DNA from: a virus
Virus record (IMG/VR): IMGVR_UViG_3300031957_002603
Coordinates: 1 to 64,000 of that record
DNA length: 64,000 nucleotides
Reading direction: 5' to 3' (one strand)
In this document: positions 25,539-35,446 of the stretch, one piece after another
Layout of the letters: each line of letters opens with the position of its first letter
How positions within the stretch are numbered: the stretch's first letter is position 1
Made by a program: the position numbers and the translations under genes
Notes under the pieces: model-generated
What the model was told of the DNA's origin: nothing
Databases searched by the model: none
Seen by the model: only the letters and a program-made list of their open reading frames with translations

Positions 25539-25868
25539 ATGAATATGAAAGTTTTTTATTTAAACAGGGTTGAAGATGAATCTGGTATCTCGGGCACTGG
25601 TCGAGTTGCTCAAGGGTTTATTTTTGACAATGGTAAAGTTGCAGTGACATGGCTTTCGGAACATCCATCTGTTACGGTTTACGATAACATTGGAGAAGTT
25701 CATGCGATTCATGGTCATGGTGGAAAGACTGAGGTCATCATGGAACCAGATTTTAAAAGAGCCTTTGGTGAACTTAAGTCATTTATTGATAACTTTACAT
25801 TAGAAGATATTGTTACTTCCAAGATTGGACCGGAGACTGCTGCGGGTAAACTGCTAACTAAAAACTAG
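25539..25868 (+). CDS. Hypothetical phage protein
   Basis: ATG after GAGG; RVEDESGISGTGRVAQG...HGHGG. Confidence 0.75.
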   Translation: MNMKVFYLNRVEDESGISGTGRVAQGFIFDNGKVAVTWLSEHPSVTVYDNIGEVHAIHGHGGKTEVIMEPDFKRAFGELKSFIDNFTLEDIVTSKIGPETAAGKLLTKN

Positions 25869-25875
25869 TTACAAT

Positions 25876-26388
25876 ATGAAACTGTATTCTCTTAAACTTG
25901 ATGCTGCTTGGAGACCTATTGAAGTGATTGATTCATTTAAAGCGTTTAGCATGTGTCGAAGTGGAAGAGCGAACGTTGTTGAGGATTATAATGTCAAGGC
26001 GCATGGTAGTAGCATGTTCCCTGCTGTTATAGTCCTCAAGTCGTATGTGCGCAAACATGAATTTATTTTATCTTGCACAAGAAGAAACGTATATGCAAGA
26101 GATAATTATACCTGTCAATATTGCAATAAACAGGCAATTTCTAAAGCGGAACTTACATTAGACCATGTGTACCCTAAATCACGCGGGGGACCAAAAACTT
26201 GGGATAATATAGTAACTTCTTGCCACAAATGCAACATTACAAAGGGAGCCCGAACCCCAAAAGAAGCGGGCATGATTTTACTCAAAGAACCTCGGAGACC
26301 CAAAGCAACATTTATAGATTTTTATTCTCTTAAGAATGTGCCAAAACAATGGTCTCCGTACATTTATTTATATAAGGAGCAGAAATGA
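25876..26388 (+). CDS. HNH endonuclease (McrA-like)
   Basis: RDNYTCQYC, TLDHVYPKSRGG, WDNIVTSCHKCNITKG. Confidence 0.92.
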   Translation: MKLYSLKLDAAWRPIEVIDSFKAFSMCRSGRANVVEDYNVKAHGSSMFPAVIVLKSYVRKHEFILSCTRRNVYARDNYTCQYCNKQAISKAELTLDHVYPKSRGGPKTWDNIVTSCHKCNITKGARTPKEAGMILLKEPRRPKATFIDFYSLKNVPKQWSPYIYLYKEQK

Positions 26389-26831
26389 GTGAGAAAAGAA
26401 AGGTAATCGCCATCTCGGGCGGTTTTGATCCGGTTCATATCGGTCACGTTCAAATGATCGAAGCCGCTGCTGAACTTGGCGATGTTATGGTTATCGTTAA
26501 TTCAGATGATTGGCTTCTGCGAAAGAAAGGCTATATCTTTATGCCATGGGATGAGAAGGCTTACATTATGTCTCAGTTTAAAGGTGTAACAAAAGTTGTT
26601 TCGGTTGATGATACCGATGGAACGGTTTGTGAGGCTCTACGAACTCATCGTCCTGATGCCTTTGCAAACGGCGGCGACCGAAAGACCAACAATACTCCTG
26701 AGATGGATGTCTGTGAAGAACTTGGCATCGAGATGCTCTGGAATATCGGAGGCGATAAAATTCAATCTTCATCAGATCTTGTCAACAAGGCAAAGTGGGG
26801 AAAGATGGTAATTAACGGTGTTGAAATCTAA
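26385..26831 (+). CDS. Cytidylyltransferase-like (TagD/RfaE-type)
   Basis: SGGFDPVHIGH, VNSD, ANGGDR, KIQSSS. Confidence 0.88.
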   Translation: MSEKRKVIAISGGFDPVHIGHVQMIEAAAELGDVMVIVNSDDWLLRKKGYIFMPWDEKAYIMSQFKGVTKVVSVDDTDGTVCEALRTHRPDAFANGGDRKTNNTPEMDVCEELGIEMLWNIGGDKIQSSSDLVNKAKWGKMVINGVEI

Positions 26832-26850
26832 TTAATGCGAGGATCGTTTT

Positions 26851-27417
26851 ATGTCTAAGCAAATGAAAGTTATTATGGAGAACTGGCGAAGCAACTTGCT
26901 TTTAGAGCAAGAGGCGTTGTCTATCCACGAAGAACTTCTAGAACAATTCACAAATGAAATCAAGATCATTAGAGAGTCTTCTAATGATTTAAATGAAGTT
27001 TTATCAAAAGTAGCCGATTTTGCTAAAAGAGCATACAATACTTATAGCGATATTAAGAAGAATGCAATCGAATCAGTGTTGACAAAAGCAATAGATTCGG
27101 CAATCAAGGTTTTAGATTTTTTGGAAGAAAAGTTAAATCAAGAAAGACCCGGATTGATAAATAACATTAAATCTTTTCTTGAGAAACTTAAACAAGAAAG
27201 TAATATGGCAATTGCTGTTTCTATTGTTTCTATTTTGATTGGGCTTTTAACTGGTGAGGCATTTGATGCTGTTGAGAGCGTATTGAATATTTTGGGAGCA
27301 TCCGAGGATATTTTAAACGCATACGAAGCGATTTCACAGATTAGCGACACAGTAGATGTGAAAAACGTTGTTGACAAAACAGGACAACTAACGAGAATAA
27401 CGGAAGTTTTAACATGA
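26851..27417 (+). CDS. Putative virion-internal helical protein
   Basis: MKVIMENWRSNLLLEQE leader; one hydrophobic segment. Confidence 0.7.
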   Translation: MSKQMKVIMENWRSNLLLEQEALSIHEELLEQFTNEIKIIRESSNDLNEVLSKVADFAKRAYNTYSDIKKNAIESVLTKAIDSAIKVLDFLEEKLNQERPGLINNIKSFLEKLKQESNMAIAVSIVSILIGLLTGEAFDAVESVLNILGASEDILNAYEAISQISDTVDVKNVVDKTGQLTRITEVLT

Positions 27418-30053
27418 ATATAACAAAACAAAGAATTCTTGAAATTATCAAAGAAGAAATGGAAGCCGCAAAGCAAGACGGCTCAAACACAAAGCAGAAA
27501 CTTCGCAAAGACTTTTTGACTGTTGCTAAAGAATTCATCCCCGATGCTGATATGGTCTCGACCGAGGTTGAATTGACCTCCGCTCTTATGAATAAGATTT
27601 TAAAGAAAGCAGGAGAGGCCGGAACCTCCGCAACTCAATTGAAAAGATTAAATGATATTGCTGGGAAACTTCTTGCTGAACAAAGAGTTTCTGCCGAACA
27701 AGCAAAACAAACAGTCATACCAAATATTTACCTTCTTTTTACTGATCCTGAGTATAAAACAGCCCCAGCAGACCAAAAGATTGAAACTTTGGGAGAACTA
27801 TTGGCACAAATTAATGCCCCTGAACTTGATGAGCCATCACTTGAAATTATATTGTCGGAACTTTACGATGTTGTAGAGGATTCCGTGATGTCAGATGACG
27901 AAAAAGTACAGAAAGCAGAGGAAATTGTAAAAAGATTTAAAGATTCCGGAGAACCCGAAGCCGAAGTTCCAAGTGAATCAGAGCCCGCACCTGAAGCAGG
28001 AGCCGAAGAACAACCGCAAGGTCCAATGACCAAATACATAGATACAGATTTAATGAAGACAATTCAGAGTCGAAACAAAGAGACATATGATGGTCTAGTA
28101 CTATTTTTACAAAAGTTGTTGGATGGTAATTTAATCAAAGAGTCGCTTGTTGGACTTGTTCGAGGTTTAGACCTTAAAGGTTCTCAAATCACCACTATTT
28201 TAAAAGATATTAAGAACATTGATGAAGAAAAATACAAAGCAATAATCAAGTTCTTCAGTAATGCGGAATATACAGAACAATTTGTTAAAATGATTAATCC
28301 GGATGCAACTATCCCAACTGGAGATCAAGAACAACCAAAAGAAGGCGAGGTTGAAGTTGTTGATGATGGAAGAAAATATACCTACACCGATGAAAACATC
28401 CAAGAACTTAAAAAAGCATACGAAGCATTCGAAGATGGCTTTATGACAGCACCAGATCGTGTTACACAAGAGCAATATTGGATGGGCTTAAGAGATGCTC
28501 TTAATGCAATCGGCCAATTTAGAACATTAACTAGACGACGACAGCAAGCATTTAAAGAACAATTAATCAATATCTTTGAGCAAGAGAATCAAAAGAACTT
28601 CAAAAGAATTGTTGTTGACATCGAGAGACTACGACGTGATCTTAATGACACGGATGACACACTTGTAAAATATCTTGAAGCGGCCAAAGAAGGAAAATAC
28701 GAATCACAAGCCTATCTTGCAAGGTTCTTGGCTGAACTAAAGGACGTTCAAAATTCTGTTAAGAGAACCGTAGAGGATGTTCAAAAGGTTGGCGGTTTTA
28801 AACTAAACGAACAGGAAGAAGAGACTGCTGAACCACAAGAAGAAACCTTTGAACAAAAAGTAGCAAAGGTCCGAGGTGTATACGAAAAAATTAAAAGACA
28901 ATTCTCGGAGACTTTAACACAGTTAGATAAAACAAATGCTCCTGATCTTGAGGAATTCTCCGGAAAAATCAAAGATGCGTATGATCAACTTGACAGCATT
29001 CGCTATTTGTTTTCTAGAGTTGGTGCCTTTGCAAAAACATCAGATAAAGATGTTGAAGAATTACAACAAGATTATAAAATCGCAAAAAAAGTCTTAACGA
29101 AAAGTATGTCTCGAGCACTTTCTGATTTAAGAGCAGGTGAAATTGATCCCACCCGGTTGAGCATATTTTTGAAACAATTGCTTGGCGTAGCAAATTGGAT
29201 CTCAACATATTTTGGTGTTGGGCCCGATGAGCAATACAGAGTTCAAGGTGTGACGGTCCAATCTGATGGAAAAGACAAAAAAGAAACCGCTGAAAATACG
29301 GATGGTTCTGGAGGCACAGCCTTTACACCCGAGGCTGTTGAAAAAGAGGAAACCGAAGAAGCACCTTCTGATGCTGAAGGTGATGAGCAAGACTCTGAAG
29401 CGAGTAAAAAATTATATTCTGATATTAGAAAATTTTTAGCAAATTCACAAACTAAATCTTTCGTAACAATGTCAGATGATATTATAAAGCAATTAAATAT
29501 TGAAGAAATTAATTTTGATGAAATAAAGAAAATTTTACAATCTTATAAAACAAAAATTACTGAACCTCTTGAAGAAAAACTTGATAATGAAACTCTGAAA
29601 AAAAGACTTGAAGGTTTGACCGAAATCTTTGAAATTATTAATACAAAAATTAAACAAACCGAAATAGATGAAATGCTTGAAGAAATAAAGCAAAATACAA
29701 CATTTTATAAAAATACTTTTATAACTATAAAAAAACTATATAGTGAATTAGCAAATGCTGTCAATTTTTTCAAAAGTGGTGTTCTTGATAAAGCAAAAGA
29801 ATTTTTCAATAAATCAAAAGAAACAATAAAAGATTTTGGTAGAAAAGCACTTGACGTTACAACTGGAAAAGTTGGCGACATTATAGTAGCACTAGCCGAT
29901 AAAATATTGCCCGATTTTGATATTGGCAATATTGACATCGATTTCGGCGATATTGACGGCAGAAAGAAAACCGAAAAAAATGAATCTCTATTGGAGAGAT
30001 TAATAAAACAAGAATTGAAGGTGCTAAATGGCAAAAAAATGGTTCGTAATTGA
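27414..30053 (+). CDS. Large helical putative virion-internal protein with IIKEE leader
   Basis: MNITKQRILEIIKEE; internal LAEQ, IKES, LNEQ; C-terminal ESLLERLIKQEL. Confidence 0.75.
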   Translation: MNITKQRILEIIKEEMEAAKQDGSNTKQKLRKDFLTVAKEFIPDADMVSTEVELTSALMNKILKKAGEAGTSATQLKRLNDIAGKLLAEQRVSAEQAKQTVIPNIYLLFTDPEYKTAPADQKIETLGELLAQINAPELDEPSLEIILSELYDVVEDSVMSDDEKVQKAEEIVKRFKDSGEPEAEVPSESEPAPEAGAEEQPQGPMTKYIDTDLMKTIQSRNKETYDGLVLFLQKLLDGNLIKESLVGLVRGLDLKGSQITTILKDIKNIDEEKYKAIIKFFSNAEYTEQFVKMINPDATIPTGDQEQPKEGEVEVVDDGRKYTYTDENIQELKKAYEAFEDGFMTAPDRVTQEQYWMGLRDALNAIGQFRTLTRRRQQAFKEQLINIFEQENQKNFKRIVVDIERLRRDLNDTDDTLVKYLEAAKEGKYESQAYLARFLAELKDVQNSVKRTVEDVQKVGGFKLNEQEEETAEPQEETFEQKVAKVRGVYEKIKRQFSETLTQLDKTNAPDLEEFSGKIKDAYDQLDSIRYLFSRVGAFAKTSDKDVEELQQDYKIAKKVLTKSMSRALSDLRAGEIDPTRLSIFLKQLLGVANWISTYFGVGPDEQYRVQGVTVQSDGKDKKETAENTDGSGGTAFTPEAVEKEETEEAPSDAEGDEQDSEASKKLYSDIRKFLANSQTKSFVTMSDDIIKQLNIEEINFDEIKKILQSYKTKITEPLEEKLDNETLKKRLEGLTEIFEIINTKIKQTEIDEMLEEIKQNTTFYKNTFITIKKLYSELANAVNFFKSGVLDKAKEFFNKSKETIKDFGRKALDVTTGKVGDIIVALADKILPDFDIGNIDIDFGDIDGRKKTEKNESLLERLIKQELKVLNGKKMVRN

Positions 30054-31362
30054 TACCTCTGTGTATCTATCCGATTCGGAATGCCTTACGAGATTTGGAA
30101 ACAATGACATCATTGTTCCCCTCAAGGTTCTGGAAGAAATCGATAAACATAAAAAGCGCCAAGATTCCGTTGGCTTTCATGCAAGACAGATCATAAAAAC
30201 ATTTGATGCATTACGATTGCAAGGAAACCTCAAGAAAGGCGTTCGAATCGAAAAAGGAAAAGGTCTTGTTAAGTTTGTTGGCCTTGATGAAATCAATTTA
30301 AAAGCGCTCCCAAGCGACCTTGACCCAAGAAACTCTGACCATATCATACTCGCAACCGCTCTCACAATCAGAGAACAGAACCCACGCCGCAAGGTCATCC
30401 TTGTATCTCGCGACATCAACCTCCGAGTCATTGCTCAAGGCGTTGAACTTCCAGCCGAGGAATACGAGAACGTAAAAGTTGTTGAGGCCAAAGATAAAAT
30501 ATATGCTGGCTTCGAAGAGATTGTTGTCGATGATGAGATTATTGATCGCTTTTATTCAGATAAGCCAATCTTTCTTGACGAGGAAGACGTATCAATTCTT
30601 TATCCTAATCAATTCTTAATGTTGAAATCCTCAAGTAATCCAAAGAAGACTTGCTTGGCTCGTTTCTGGAACCATGGAACGAGGCTTCAAAAAATTCAAA
30701 ACCACACAGATGATCTCCGCTGGAACATTATCCCAAGAAACAAAGAACAATCATTTGCTTATGATTTACTGTACAATGATGATATTAGTTTTGTCTCTCT
30801 CATTGGTCGCGCTGGGTCTGGAAAGACGCTTCTTGCAATTGCTGCTGGTCTCGAACAAACGGTTGGGAATGGAAAGTCGAGATACAAGAAGATTGTAATC
30901 TCTCGACCTGTGCAACCTCTTGGAAAAGACATTGGGTTCTTGCCCGGAACGCTTGAAGATAAAATGATGCCATGGCTTAAACCAATTGGCGATAACATTG
31001 AACATATTACCTCCGGTGAAGAAGGTAATCTTATGTCTTATTACATGGACCAAGGCAAACTTGAGGTCGAGGCTCTATCGTACATTCGTGGTCGGTCAAT
31101 CTCAAATGCTTACATCATTATTGATGAAGCACAGAATCTCACAGCCCACGAGGTAAAGACAATCCTTACCCGAGTTGGCGAGAACACAAAAATAATTCTT
31201 ACTGGTGATATTGAACAGATTGATAATATTTATACGAACGAGACATCAAATGGCTTAACGTATGCTGTTGAGAAATTCAAACATCATCCAATCGCAGGAC
31301 ATGTGACCTTCAAGAAGGGAGAACGGTCAAAGTTGGCTACCATCGCTTCACAAATCTTATAA
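30028..31362 (+). CDS. phoH: PIN-PhoH (PhoH2-like) protein
   Basis: PIN IDTSV...VLEEID...D..I...SRDINLR; GRAGSGKT, GFLPG, IRGRS, IIDEAQN, TGDIEQID. Confidence 0.92.
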   Translation: MAKKWFVIDTSVYLSDSECLTRFGNNDIIVPLKVLEEIDKHKKRQDSVGFHARQIIKTFDALRLQGNLKKGVRIEKGKGLVKFVGLDEINLKALPSDLDPRNSDHIILATALTIREQNPRRKVILVSRDINLRVIAQGVELPAEEYENVKVVEAKDKIYAGFEEIVVDDEIIDRFYSDKPIFLDEEDVSILYPNQFLMLKSSSNPKKTCLARFWNHGTRLQKIQNHTDDLRWNIIPRNKEQSFAYDLLYNDDISFVSLIGRAGSGKTLLAIAAGLEQTVGNGKSRYKKIVISRPVQPLGKDIGFLPGTLEDKMMPWLKPIGDNIEHITSGEEGNLMSYYMDQGKLEVEALSYIRGRSISNAYIIIDEAQNLTAHEVKTILTRVGENTKIILTGDIEQIDNIYTNETSNGLTYAVEKFKHHPIAGHVTFKKGERSKLATIASQIL

Positions 31363-31369
31363 ATAACGC

Positions 31370-31397
31370 TTGACAAAAACTTATAATGTGTTATAAT
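31370..31397 (+). promoter_or_regulatory. sigma70-type promoter
   Basis: TTGACA 31370-31375, 16 bp, TATAAT 31392-31397. Confidence 0.75.
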
Positions 31398-31420
31398 ATA
31401 TAAGTAAAAAGGAGACCGTT

Positions 31421-32089
31421 ATGAAATGGATTACGGAAAGTATGAAGCGGTCTCGCAAATTAAAGGATCACTATTCTATGCGAGGCACTCAAATATACAT
31501 AAACAAACAACCACCTGAACATGTCGACGTCGAGTACGTCTTTGATTACATTACAGCACGAGTTCCCAAGCGTTTGCTTGACTCTGTTGATGTGATCTAT
31601 GTTGGTGAGTTTCCTGAGTTCGAAGAAAGAGATATTAATGCTTTCTACGACAGTGGAGCCATCTTTGTCACCAACGAACAAGATGATGAGCAAGATATGA
31701 TTGATGATATCGTTCATGAAATCGCTCATGCTGTCGAGGAAAGATATAATGATTTTATTTATTCTGACTCCTCAATCGAACGAGAGTTCATGGCAAAGCG
31801 CCAAACATTATACAATCTTTTGGATTCATATGATCTTTATCCTCCAAAAGCATTTCTTGTAAACCCAGAATATGATCAACAAATTGATGATTATCTTTAT
31901 CGTGAAGTTGGTTATGATGTAATCAATGATCTTGTGAATGGACTATTCATATCCGCATATGCCGCCACATCATTGAGCGAGTATTATGCAAGATCGTTTG
32001 AGGAATGGGTCTTTGGTCATCGTGCTGAGGTCAAGAAGTTAAGCCCAGCGCTTTACAATGTTTTTGAAGAATTGTTCGAGGAGGAGTAA
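31421..32089 (+). CDS. Zincin-like metallopeptidase
   Basis: VHEIAHAVE...YAATSLSEYYARSF...SPALY. Confidence 0.7.
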   Translation: MKWITESMKRSRKLKDHYSMRGTQIYINKQPPEHVDVEYVFDYITARVPKRLLDSVDVIYVGEFPEFEERDINAFYDSGAIFVTNEQDDEQDMIDDIVHEIAHAVEERYNDFIYSDSSIEREFMAKRQTLYNLLDSYDLYPPKAFLVNPEYDQQIDDYLYREVGYDVINDLVNGLFISAYAATSLSEYYARSFEEWVFGHRAEVKKLSPALYNVFEELFEEE

Positions 32090-32865
32090 TGAAACATGTA
32101 TCTTATTCAGAAATTAAAATTTGGAACGAGTGTCCATACAAGCACAAACTTATTTACATCGATGGCATCGCTGGCTTCGAGGGTAATGAGTATACATGCT
32201 TCGGAACTGCTCTTCATTCTGTATGTGAGTTTGGAGTAGCCGGAGTTCTCGACAAAGAAGACTTTGGAGAGCATTTCAATGTTATCTTCGAAAATGAACT
32301 TGAAGCCCTTCCTGCAAAGGTTGAGCGACGAGAGAAACTAATTGAAGCCATGCGTGGCCAAGCAGAGCCCATATATACCAAAGTTTTGGGCGAACTGAAG
32401 CGCATGTTCCCTGAGTATGAGGTCCATCAAGCAGAGGAAAAACTCTTTGAACCTATCACAGAATTTACAGCAGATACATGCGAATTCAAAGGGTTTATTG
32501 ACCTCGTTATCAAGACCCCAGACGGCAAGTATCATATCATTGACTGGAAGACTTGCTCTTGGGGCTGGGATCAACAAAAGAAGTCTGATCGTATGACGAC
32601 TTATCAATTGACTCTTTATAAGAAGTTCTGGTGCCAGAAACACAATGTCGATCCTTCAATGGTTGAGACTTACTTTGGTCTTCTCAAGCGTACCGCAAAG
32701 GACAAGAACGTTGAGATCTTCCGTGTGACCTCTGGTCCTCGCAAAACCCAAAATGCAACCGACTTTCTCATCAAAGCAGTAACGGCAATTCACCGAGGAA
32801 TCAAAATTAAAAATCGCATGTCTTGTCGTTATTGCGAATTCAACAAAACAGAAAATTGTCATTAA
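32089..32865 (+). CDS. PD-(D/E)XK nuclease, RecB/Cas4-like with Fe-S cysteines
   Basis: SYS...CP, GTALH, GFIDL, IIDWKT, QL..Y, CRYCEF...C. Confidence 0.88.
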   Translation: MKHVSYSEIKIWNECPYKHKLIYIDGIAGFEGNEYTCFGTALHSVCEFGVAGVLDKEDFGEHFNVIFENELEALPAKVERREKLIEAMRGQAEPIYTKVLGELKRMFPEYEVHQAEEKLFEPITEFTADTCEFKGFIDLVIKTPDGKYHIIDWKTCSWGWDQQKKSDRMTTYQLTLYKKFWCQKHNVDPSMVETYFGLLKRTAKDKNVEIFRVTSGPRKTQNATDFLIKAVTAIHRGIKIKNRMSCRYCEFNKTENCH

Positions 32866-32888
32866 TTTAAAAAAAATAAAAAAAATAC

Positions 32889-32917
32889 TTGACAAGTATA
32901 CTTAACCGTGTTATAAT
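32889..32917 (+). promoter_or_regulatory. sigma70-type promoter heading the glycosylation cluster
   Basis: TTGACA 32889-32894, N17, TATAAT 32912-32917. Confidence 0.85.
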
Positions 32918-32936
32918 ATAAGTAAAAAGGATAAGT

Positions 32937-34202
32937 ATGTCTAAAAAAATTAAAGTTTTGACTATTTCCGATCACCCTTTATCTCCATCGGGGGTCGGTA
33001 CGCAAACCAAATATGTTTGTAAGGCTCTTCTTGAGAGCGGCAAATTCGAAATAATTTCTCTTGGTGGTGCAATTAAGCACCAAGATTATAGGACAATGAA
33101 AGTTGACCCTTATGGCGACGAATGGCGGATCATTCCTGTTGACGGTTATGGAACACAGGAAATGATCCGTTCTATTTTGAGAACAGAAAAACCTGATATT
33201 CTTTGGTTTATGACCGATCCCCGCTTTTATGCGTGGCTATGGGATATGGAAAATGAAATTAGACCACTTATTCCAATGGTGTATTATCATGTTTGGGACA
33301 ATTTCCCTGCTCCTCACTTTAATAGAAAGTTTTATCTGTCAAATGATAGAATTTGTGCAATTTCTAAATTGACAAGAGATATTGTTGCTGAGGTCGCACC
33401 TGAAGTTCAACTAGATTATGTCCCTCATGCTGTTGATTCAGATATATTCCGACCCCTTACAGATGAACAGATAATGAATATCAAAAAAGATTCATTAGAT
33501 AAAGCAGATTTAAATAAAGTTATTTTCTTTTGGAATAACAGAAATGCAAGAAGAAAACAATCAGGTTCACTAATTTTCTGGTTTAAAAAGTTTCTTGATA
33601 AAGTGGGGCACGATAAAGCACAACTAATCATGCATACAAATCCAAAAGATCCTCACGGACAAGATTTGGTTCATATTGTAGGACATCTTGGCCTTGATAC
33701 ACAAAATCAAGTTTTATTTTCTACTAACAAAGTAGATCAGGTTAACCTCGCAGCATTGTATAATATGGTTGATTGCACGATCAACATTTCCGATGCTGAA
33801 GGTTTTGGTCTTGCGACCCTTGAATCGATGTCGTGCGGAACTCCAGTCATAGCGAATATGACCGGAGGCTTACAAGAACAAGTTGTATTGGGCAGTGATG
33901 CAACAGGGATTCCTTTGATCCCGGAGTCAAAGGCGGTGATTGGGTCGCAAGACGTTCCCTATATTTATGAGGATCGATTAAGTGAAGCACAGGTTGTTTC
34001 CGCTCTTGAAAAGATGTATCATATGGGTGCTGAAGAAAGAACCAGATTGGGACAAAATGGTCGGAAACATGTTATGAAAAATTATAACTTTGAGACATTC
34101 AATAAACAATGGGTTGATATCATGACCGAGGTTTATGAACAACATGGGTCTTGGGATGAAAGAACCAATTATCAAGGTATTCGCTTCTTGGAGGTAGCGT
34201 GA
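32937..34202 (+). CDS. GT-B (family 4-like) glycosyltransferase
   Basis: RNARRK, AEGFGLATLESMSCGTPVI. Confidence 0.88.
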   Translation: MSKKIKVLTISDHPLSPSGVGTQTKYVCKALLESGKFEIISLGGAIKHQDYRTMKVDPYGDEWRIIPVDGYGTQEMIRSILRTEKPDILWFMTDPRFYAWLWDMENEIRPLIPMVYYHVWDNFPAPHFNRKFYLSNDRICAISKLTRDIVAEVAPEVQLDYVPHAVDSDIFRPLTDEQIMNIKKDSLDKADLNKVIFFWNNRNARRKQSGSLIFWFKKFLDKVGHDKAQLIMHTNPKDPHGQDLVHIVGHLGLDTQNQVLFSTNKVDQVNLAALYNMVDCTINISDAEGFGLATLESMSCGTPVIANMTGGLQEQVVLGSDATGIPLIPESKAVIGSQDVPYIYEDRLSEAQVVSALEKMYHMGAEERTRLGQNGRKHVMKNYNFETFNKQWVDIMTEVYEQHGSWDERTNYQGIRFLEVA

Positions 34203-35446
34203 AAAAGAAAATCTTTGTAAGAGCCCCTATGCTCTCTCAATCAGGATACGGCGAACAATCAAGATTCGCCCTTCGTGCTCTCAAGAGCCGAGAAGATTTA
34301 TTTGATATATATTTACAACCTATTCCATGGGGAAAAACTGGCTGGATTTGGGAAACATCTGATTTTAGAGATTGGATGGATGAAAAGATTGCTAAAACGC
34401 AAGCCCTTATTCAAGCGAAGCAATTCCAGCCAGACATGTCATTGCAAATTACAATTCCAAATGAATTCAAAAAAATTTGTAACGTTAATATTGGATATAC
34501 TGCTGGAATTGAAACAGATAGAGTTGATCCTGCGTGGCTGCAAAAAGGCAATGAAGAAGTAAACAAGATTCTTGTTGTATCACAACATGCAAAAGATACT
34601 TATGTAAATACTTCTGCTCAAGCGAAAAATAACCAAACCGGAGAGGTTATTGATTATAAATTACAGACTCCTGTTGAGGTTGTATGGGAAAGCACTCCGA
34701 GAGCAGAAGCAGAGGCTATCGAGGGCTTTGATCTTCCTTATGATTTCAATTTCTTAATGGTCTCACAGATCTCTCCTCGCAAGAACTTTGCTAATGCCCT
34801 CAAGTGGTGGGTAGAAGAATTTATTGATCAAGAGGTCGGACTTCTTATTAAGTCAAACATTAAGTGTAATTCTGAAATGGATTTTGAAGTATTTCACAAA
34901 AGTGTTAAAAATATACTCTCCACATATCCAGAGCGTAAATGTAAAGTTCACCTTCTTCATGGAGATCTTACAGCAGGACAAATGACTGGCTTATATACTC
35001 ATCCAAAAATTAAAGCAATTGTTAACATTGCACATGGCGAAGGATTTGGTCTACCACTCTTTGAAGCAGCAAGAGAAGGTCTGCCTGTTGTTAGTATTGG
35101 CTGGTCTGGACAACTAGATTTTCTTACCCATGAAGATGAAGATTATTATCAAAAAGTTGATTTTAATTTGCAACAAGTTCAACCAGAAGTTGTTTGGAAT
35201 GGAGTTATTAGACAAGATTCGCAATGGGCCTATGCTGATCAAGGGTCATACAAGATGACTCTTCGCAAGACCCACAAGACTTGGCATAAAGCAAAAGAAA
35301 CAGCGGAGAAACTGAAAAGAATTAATGAAGAACGTTTTGCTGATTCTAATCTTTATAAACTATTTGTTGATTCAGTTCTAGGTTTTGATAGTGGGCTTAT
35401 TCCTATTGCAGAAGAACAAGAACCTGAAGTAATGGAGTTTGATTAG
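34199..35446 (+). CDS. GT-B (family 4-like) glycosyltransferase
   Basis: SGYG, PRKN, GEGFGLPLFEA. Confidence 0.88.
   Translation: MKKKIFVRAPMLSQSGYGEQSRFALRALKSREDLFDIYLQPIPWGKTGWIWETSDFRDWMDEKIAKTQALIQAKQFQPDMSLQITIPNEFKKICNVNIGYTAGIETDRVDPAWLQKGNEEVNKILVVSQHAKDTYVNTSAQAKNNQTGEVIDYKLQTPVEVVWESTPRAEAEAIEGFDLPYDFNFLMVSQISPRKNFANALKWWVEEFIDQEVGLLIKSNIKCNSEMDFEVFHKSVKNILSTYPERKCKVHLLHGDLTAGQMTGLYTHPKIKAIVNIAHGEGFGLPLFEAAREGLPVVSIGWSGQLDFLTHEDEDYYQKVDFNLQQVQPEVVWNGVIRQDSQWAYADQGSYKMTLRKTHKTWHKAKETAEKLKRINEERFADSNLYKLFVDSVLGFDSGLIPIAEEQEPEVMEFD

Noticed and set aside
25876-26388. HNH as intron-encoded homing endonuclease or mobile element
   Set aside because: Flanking genes are intact and no intron structure is evident
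32089-32865. Cas4 as evidence of a CRISPR-Cas system
   Set aside because: No other cas genes or array in the window; solo Cas4/RecB-like nucleases are common in phages
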